Below are positions 56,851 through 64,000 of a stretch of DNA of 64,000 nt, in pieces. The stretch comes from the human T2T-CHM13v2.0 reference genome, Homo sapiens: NCBI RefSeq assembly GCF_009914755.1, contig NC_060932.1; one strand, written 5' to 3'. The translations under genes were made by a program, and so were the position numbers. Within the stretch, counting starts at the first letter, position 1. Each line of letters starts with the position of its first letter. The notes under the pieces are model-generated. The model worked only from the letters and a program-made list of their open reading frames with translations, did no database searches and had not been told where the DNA came from.

Positions 56851-57408
56851 ATTTGACCTGAAAATGTGATGATAGCTCTTAGATGCATGTCACACACCAG
56901 GTAAACTCTAGAATGAGTTCTTAGGTGAAAATTATTGTAAGTATAGTGGTCCAATAACAGCTGTTCAAGGTGACAAGTAACTTTAACAAATGGCCTCTTT
57001 TCCTGATCTTGAACTGTTTATCTTTATCCTCTCTTTTATTCTTGACTTGGCTCTTTCCCTTTTGAATACCTCACCAATCTTTAGTTTCCTCCAGATTAAA
57101 CACCATGTTTGAAATGCTGTCCTGTAGAACCAACACTGGACCTGCAAGAATTTGGGCTGCATTCTCCTCTGAATAAGCAAAATGACTCCTATTTCAAAGT
57201 CTTTTCATAATGTCTCTTTTATAAGGGAATTTGTTTACTGCCTAATGGTAAGTAAACTAATAAATATTTCTTTGATGTCTATGCACAGATTTGAGAAAGT
57301 ATGATTTGAGAAAGTATGATTATTTTAAATTCTCATAATTGATCTATCTGCCAACATACAGGTTTCCCACTTTACTTGGCTATTGTTAAAAAATTTCCTC
57401 TTGGTTTA

Positions 57409-57725
<317 letters not shown>

Positions 57726-57974
57726 TTAATATAAAAAAGGTTAGTCTAAACTTGAGGCTTTCTTTATGATTTAATGAGCAATAAGCAATATTTAAAGAGC
57801 TTTGGAAAAAATAAGGCCTTAGAAAAAAATCAAGGTCAAGTGCTTAAAATATTTGATCTTGTAACACAAATGCTTTTAAATATCTTAATTCATATATCTT
57901 TGAAAATGGGTTAGAGAATATAACAAAGCAAAATAAAGTTTCTGTAATGCCAGTTATAGTAAAGAACACAATTT

Positions 57975-59345
57975 AGTTTAGTACAATAAACATGTCTTTA
58001 GCTCCTTCTTTGTGTAAGGCACCACATTACATGCTGCAGCAGGAGAAAAAGAAAAACAGTAAGAAGAATATAATCAACAGAAGCTTACACATTAACAAGA
58101 AATTATTTTTAAAATTTCACATAAAATTATAATCTTTGTCTAAAATGTTGGCTAAGAGTGTGGTCATATAACTTATAAAACTGGAACACTTCTGAAGGAA
58201 AAGGGAGACAATATTAACTATACTAGGAGAATCCTAGCAAAACACAATGCAAACAGATGACATGAGGTTTCAAAGGTGGGGGTGTTTTTATCTGTTTAGT
58301 GAGGTCAGGGAAGATGGGGAAGGTGGAATTCAAAGTAGAGAGGACAGCATGTGCAAGAACATGGGTAAGAGATGGCAGATATTTGGATGGCTTTAGGCAT
58401 AAAAATATATAATTATATACCCTGGGAGAAAAATCTTGAAAGACAAGTAGAGAATAGATTTTGAAGGTTCTGCATATAAAATCTTTGTGTTTAAGATTTT
58501 AAGAGGAATGATAAGATTTGAACTCTAATTTGAGAAGATTGGCCAGAAATGTGTAGACAGGATGAAAAATAGAGATTGAATAAGACAAGACCACTGAGAA
58601 AGCAAGAAATAATGAACCCTAAATAGGGTAAGAATGCCAAGGAAAAATCAGACGCAAATAATACCATGTAGAACTAGAAGCAGAATTCATAGATAAGGCA
58701 AATGTCGAATGGGGCATATGCGTCAAAGGAAGGAGAAGGCCAAGAACTTGTGAAGTTTTAATCGATAGGTAAACAAGAGAATCTAGTGCCATTAAATAGA
58801 TTAGATAATTCAGGAGGAATTTCGAGGGGAGGGAAGGGATAGTGGTGAGTTTGAAATTTAGTAGATTGAATCTGGGAAGCTAAAAAAAAATTCAAATCAA
58901 TTTGTCTAGCAAGTGGGTGGAAATTGTGAATCTGAGTTTCACAGCACATCATAGTCATAAAGCTAAAGCCATGGCTGTGAACGAGGGTCCAGGAAAGAGT
59001 GTAGAAATAATAAAGGAAGTTAAGAACGTGGTGGTGGTGGTGGGGTCATGTAAACTCACAAGAATTAGTTTAAAAAGTTAACACGGTGAGGGGAAAATCC
59101 TAAACTCTAATGTCTAGAAGTCAACATTTTATTGAAGACTATGAGCTAGGTACTCTACCAGCATAGGAAAAAATGAATAGTCCTACCACCAAGGAGTTGC
59201 CTAGAACAAATATTAATGGCAGAGTAATTATTAGTATTAAATACTATGAGGAAGTCCAGTAAGATAGGAAATAAAGACTCAATTTAGTGATGACTATATA
59301 ATTTACCTTTCATGAAATAGGTCTAGTGAAGTGGTGAGGAGTGCA
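57975..59345 (-). mobile_element. Degraded L2 fragments
   Basis: GAGGTCAGGGAAG..AGAGAGGACAGCATGTGCAAG..TGAGTTTGAAAT..AAAGCCATGG; AG-rich antisense L2 pattern. Confidence 0.55.
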
Positions 59346-59424
59346 ACAAAATTATAAAAAGGAAAGAATGAGGATGTGGAAAAGACAAAAGGATTGTAAA
59401 TTTTTCTTTCAAGAAATAGTGCAA

Positions 59425-59508
59425 TTGAGAAAGAGAGAAGGAAAGAAAAGGGGAAAAGAAGGGAAGAGAGGGAGGAGGGGAAGGAAGAGGAGCAGTAGGA
59501 GGGGAGAG
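59425..59508. repeat. GA-rich polypurine tract
   Basis: GAGAAAGAGAGAAGGAAAGAAAAGGGGAAAAGAAGGGAAGAGAGGGAGGAGGGGAAGGAAGAGGAG. Confidence 0.8.
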
Positions 59509-60542
59509 CCAGTGGCACACTGGGGTAACTAATTTGAGAGGGTGGCTGAATGCATGAAATTGGGTTGAAGCTATGCCCATTCAAATACTTTTTTTAAAAA
59601 ATTAAAATATGCAAACATTATAATCCACCTCAATAAGTAATACCTATTCCTATAGTGAGCTAGGTGTATTACTAGATTATCTATATCCTTATTTGTATTC
59701 TTCTTTTTCTCCACAAGTTGTTATTCTAATTTAGTCCTTGATAGTGGCAAAATCATGTAATATATTGCATATAACATTGTATTTTAATATTAAATAAATC
59801 CATATACAAAAGAAAAATAAATTATCTACTGAGTCAATTGGATGTTTCCAGCTTCTCTCTCTGACAATAAAAACAAAGGAGATTGATTCTTGGATTCAGA
59901 TATTTATGGTTTAATAGTCTCAATAGTTTTATGAAAATCAAGTTTTTTTTTAAAGCCTTCTACAAATAAAAGTAAACTATATTGTTGGTTGGCTCACCCT
60001 TGTAGGTTCTCTGACATGTTCTAAAAGCCAACAACTCTTATCTGCAGTCTTCCTTTAAACTCCTGATAGATCTCCAAATTCCCCAGGATTCATTCTAGAT
60101 TCAGAGCTCAACTTAACACAAAGGTTCTCTAACCCTCTAGTCTACTTTTTATAACTTCAGGCAAATAAATCTCTGTAATCCTCTTAGTTGCTCTGCTTCA
60201 CAGCTCCCCTTTCATGTGTGGACTAAAATTTGTAAGATTAATTCCTTGGTGGACAGGTGTACCTTGATTTTTGCATAAGAGAACAACCCATTTGCTTTAT
60301 TCCCAATATGACTTCCTAAAATTCAGATGACCTTTGATACACGTTAGATCTGATCTTCAGAAAGTTCTTGGTTTAGCACTCGATTACATGCAACTATTTG
60401 ATATTCTCAGAAAGTGGTTTCACAGTTTAACCTATGTACAAGGTAATTTATTTATATGTTAGTTATGAAAATATTAGTCCTTCCTCTTTCTTTCTGTGAG
60501 TGGGTTCTTCAGTTCATGGCCATCCTTTACTATAATCCTATT

Positions 60543-60856
60543 TTTTTCTATTTTTTTTTTTAATTTTTAAAATGGAGATTGAGTCTTGCTCTGTTGCCCA
60601 GGCTGGAGTGCAATGGCATGATCTCAGCTCACTGCAACCTCCACCTCCTGGTTCAAGCGATTCTCCCACCTCAGCCTACTGAGTAGCTGAGATTACAGGC
60701 ACCTGCCATCATGCCCGGCTAATTTTTGTATTTTTTTGTAGAGTTGGGCTTTCACCATGTTGGCCAGGCTGGTCTTGAATTCATGACCTCAGGTGATCTG
60801 CCTGCCTTGGATTCCCACAGTGCTGATATTACAGGCATGAGCCACCATGCTCAGCC
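60543..60856 (-). mobile_element. AluS
   Basis: Full dimer; TSD AATCCTATT (60534-60542, 60857-60865). Confidence 0.92.
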
Positions 60857-61357
60857 AATCCTATTATTAAAAGAGAGAAAAAAAGGGGGGGGGATTTCTT
60901 ATACGGGATTTTGCCAAAGACTTAACATAAAAATTAATTCCTGTGATTAAATTTGCCTAGATAACTATGATGTGTAACTTTAAAAATAAATTATATTCAT
61001 CTCTTCAAAATGTCGTCTTTTATTTTTGTCAAGTCTTTGTAGAAACCTTAAATATCCTATGTTCACAGGCATTTGCCTGAAATATATTTGATGCAATGAA
61101 GTTTTCTTCTCCATTATTTGATCACAGTTATAAGCATATAGTAACTAAACAGTTTCTCCAGTTGATGTGGCCAGTTTAATATACTTGCTAGTTCAGGTAA
61201 ATGCACTGAGGATTTTTCCCTAAATTAGTTTTCATTTTCTGTTTCATATGGATTAGAAAGACACAGATAGTAAAGGCTACTGCTTATAAATCATATCTTA
61301 CATATTGGTCATAAATGTGTGTAAATCATTCATTGAGTAAAACCACAATGTCTATGA

Positions 61358-64000
61358 ACCATTTTTCTGTTCTCTTATTTATTGACAGTTTCTTTTAATT
61401 ACAACACAATGAATTGATGGTAAATACAGAAGATGCAATAGTATAAAAAGCCATTTAACCCTTCCCTAGGTTAAGACACTTACAGCAGACAAAAACTGCC
61501 CCACCCCTAATCCCCTCCTTGAATGGAAACAAAATAAATATAAATTAATAAATACAAAACAAATCACTGCACAGCCCTTAACTCTTTGATTGCCATGGCA
61601 AGAACCATGCTGATGATTCTAGCTTGTGACATTTGTGTGGTTAAAGGTTGCCGCAGCAGTCAAAGGGTTATAGCATTGTAAACATAAGTACTTTGTGGAA
61701 AAGTTCAGTCATGTTAATGGTCTATAGCAATGAGATTAATAGCATGACCCCTTGACCTTTAATGACGCAACATTATAAGGAGTTAAAAGAGATAGTAGCT
61801 TGGTGAGCTGTTACATAGACTAGTCAACCACTTTATTTAACAATGTGCTATGAGGCCTTGATTTACTAATAAAAGACAACTTGTGAATAATAAACACTGT
61901 TCAATGCACTGATCAATAAAATCAATGAAAAAATTAATTTAAGCACCACAAAATTTTGCCTGATTTTATCTGACAGTCATAATACACTTTAGCACCATTT
62001 ATTTAGCCTTATATTTGCACACAAACAAGCTTTGTGTTTGTCAGTAGAAGCTATCTGAAAAAAAAAATGCCAGATTTAAGATGGTATAAGTGTATAGAAT
62101 CCTGTGTGGGAAAAACATCACTACAACTTGCACACCTTAAAACTCATTCAGCAAATAAATGTGTTATTTATTTCTTTCCTTGCACACAGAAGACTACATA
62201 TTATCAAGAACTTAATGAAATAGTGTTGAGTGTAATGAGAACAATGCAGAAACTTAAATCTAGATTTTAATACTCTCTCCATAATTGAAAACATCATGGG
62301 GAATTAAAAGAAAGGTGAAGTATTGTCAGACAACCACAAGATAATGGCCTAAATATTTAATTTCCTGGCGTTTCTCTCTGCTTCACAGTTTAATGTTATT
62401 TAAATAAAGTCTGTATTAATTTTAATTCTTTTACTTTCCCATAACCACAATATAGAAAGGAAAAAATTAGTTTCACAAGAAGCTATAAAATGTGTATTGT
62501 TTACCCAAGAGACAACTTCCCTTTGCAATTACTTGAATCTCATTCTGACTCTGAATGATAAATGTCTGTGCATTTTTTAAATATATGGTATTTATTTGAC
62601 AAACTAAGTTTATGGGAGCTTTTTCTCCTTAATCTATCTAGTAAATATATATATATATATGTATCATATATACTATATATTCCTAAATCTATATTACCAG
62701 ATAGCTTATATGGATGTCATAAATCTGCATTATCATACTGATCCACCGCTGGAATCAAGATAATGTTAATAAAGGTATACACGTTTTAAAATATCTTAAA
62801 GATAGGTTACTATACTGATGAAGCAGGCAAGTTTCTCAAGGTCAATAATTGATTCTTTTAAAAAAGCATCAACCAACTATGAACTAATTAGATTTTATGT
62901 TTTTGTTTAAAAAGTTAAGTTTATTAAAAGTTATATTAGCGCAAAATTGAACTAGTAAACTCCATTTATTTCCCTCCTATAATATAAAAACAAGATCTAT
63001 TTGTTTAAAATCAGATACCTAAAAAAATCTTTCAAAACTTTTAAGCCTGAAACAAATTTTTATGGTCGAGTCTCTAAAACCCCTGAAAATAGAGGTCTGC
63101 AATAGAAATGCTGATACAGTCAAAACCAAGGCAGCAAAAAGCTGCCTCTGTAACACCCCTAATTCTTTGATTCTATCTCTCTTTCTAATATATATGTAAT
63201 TTACACTTACAGAGAAATAGACCAAAGGATGAAGGTTTTAGGCATTTATGTACCCATGATGTACCTTAAACAGAACACTATACTGTGACTACTTTCCTGT
63301 ATAATTATTTAAGATACATTCTCCAAAAGCAAATTTCCTTAGCTATCCTATCAACAGGCAATACCCATCATACTCAGCATTTCACTTTTCTCAGGGGAAT
63401 AGCTCTATAAAAAGTTAGAAAAGCCAATGAGAGAGGTTGGGATGTATGTCAACTTTGCTGGGACTGTCTTTGCATGGAAGTTTTGACGAAAAATACTGAG
63501 GAACAAAGACATTTCCTGGGTACCATCTCTGATGTACAATGCTGCTCAATTCTGGTTTTCACAAAGGGAAGGGAAAACCAAATCTGTGTAAAAAAAAAAA
63601 AAAAAGGCAAGATAGGAATAGAAAGAAATGCAAATATAGACAGAGACTGCATAGGACAACTCAATAAGATGTATCTTTCCCAACCATCTGTATTTTTGGG
63701 TGAGAAACAGAAGGCAAACAAATAACGATCTTAGAATTGGAGGAGCAGAAAAACCAGGCACACATACCCTTGCTTGGAAATTGTTTGTTTGGAAGTAATT
63801 AAGATAGTGAAATTTTGTACTTATGAACATATAAAGGAATAATTGATTCCACATCAGCTGTAAAAGAAGTAAATGCCAAAAAGACCTAAAAACCTAATTT
63901 TACTCAGGCAATGGTATAGACAGCCAATAATGTGGCCTCTGTGACGGTATTTCAGTAATAGCAAAAATTGTAACATTGATTTAAGGATAACGCTCATATT
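61358..64000 (-). other. Distal part of a long 3' UTR / terminal exon of a minus-strand gene continuing beyond the window (IRS1 is an unverified candidate)
   Basis: No recognisable repeats over ~2.6 kb; U-rich on the minus strand; AUUUA cluster at ~61533-61556; miR-30 8mer (plus TGTAAACA 61677-61684); miR-29 sites (plus AGCACCA 61942-61948, TAGCACCA 61990-61997); poly(A) signals at 61378 and 61832. Confidence 0.6.
61378..61399 (-). terminator. Tandem poly(A) signals ATTAAA + AATAAA (minus strand)
   Basis: Plus TTTAAT at 61394-61399 and TTTATT at 61378-61383; GU-rich downstream element (minus UUGUGGUUUU, ~61339-61348); predicted cleavage ~61355-61365. Confidence 0.6.

Noticed and set aside
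61885-61925. Plus-strand AATAAA signals and a miR-148/152-type TGCACTGA, suggesting a plus-strand UTR
   Set aside because: Strand asymmetry, AREs, miR-29/30 sites and the GU-rich downstream element all favour the minus strand.

Overview
Primate, almost certainly human, AT-rich non-coding DNA with no credible protein-coding exon; the ORF-track entries are chance ORFs or translations of repeats. Most of the window is a transposon fossil record. It holds about 16 Alu copies, a solo LTR12C with TSD (318-1690), an ancient two-LTR MLT1 provirus (~8.8-11.1 kb), a near full-length Tigger1 with a decayed transposase (12341-14717), and MER41-, LTR27-like, MLT1A, THE1C and MLT1D/MST LTRs. It also holds two Tigger2a/MER28 copies, a MER45-like element carrying a half MADE1, and many L2, MIR and L1M relics, several of them nested. 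Repeat-free blocks between them carry motif clusters typical of distal enhancers. The last ~2.6 kb looks like the 3' end of a long minus-strand 3' UTR: tandem poly(A) signals near 61380, AU-rich elements, and miR-29 and miR-30 seed sites. The gene cannot be named with certainty; IRS1 is an unverified guess. Repeat subfamily names come from recalled consensus sequences, not a database search. I found no evidence of a wholly new biological system; the findings are regulatory hypotheses and insertion histories.
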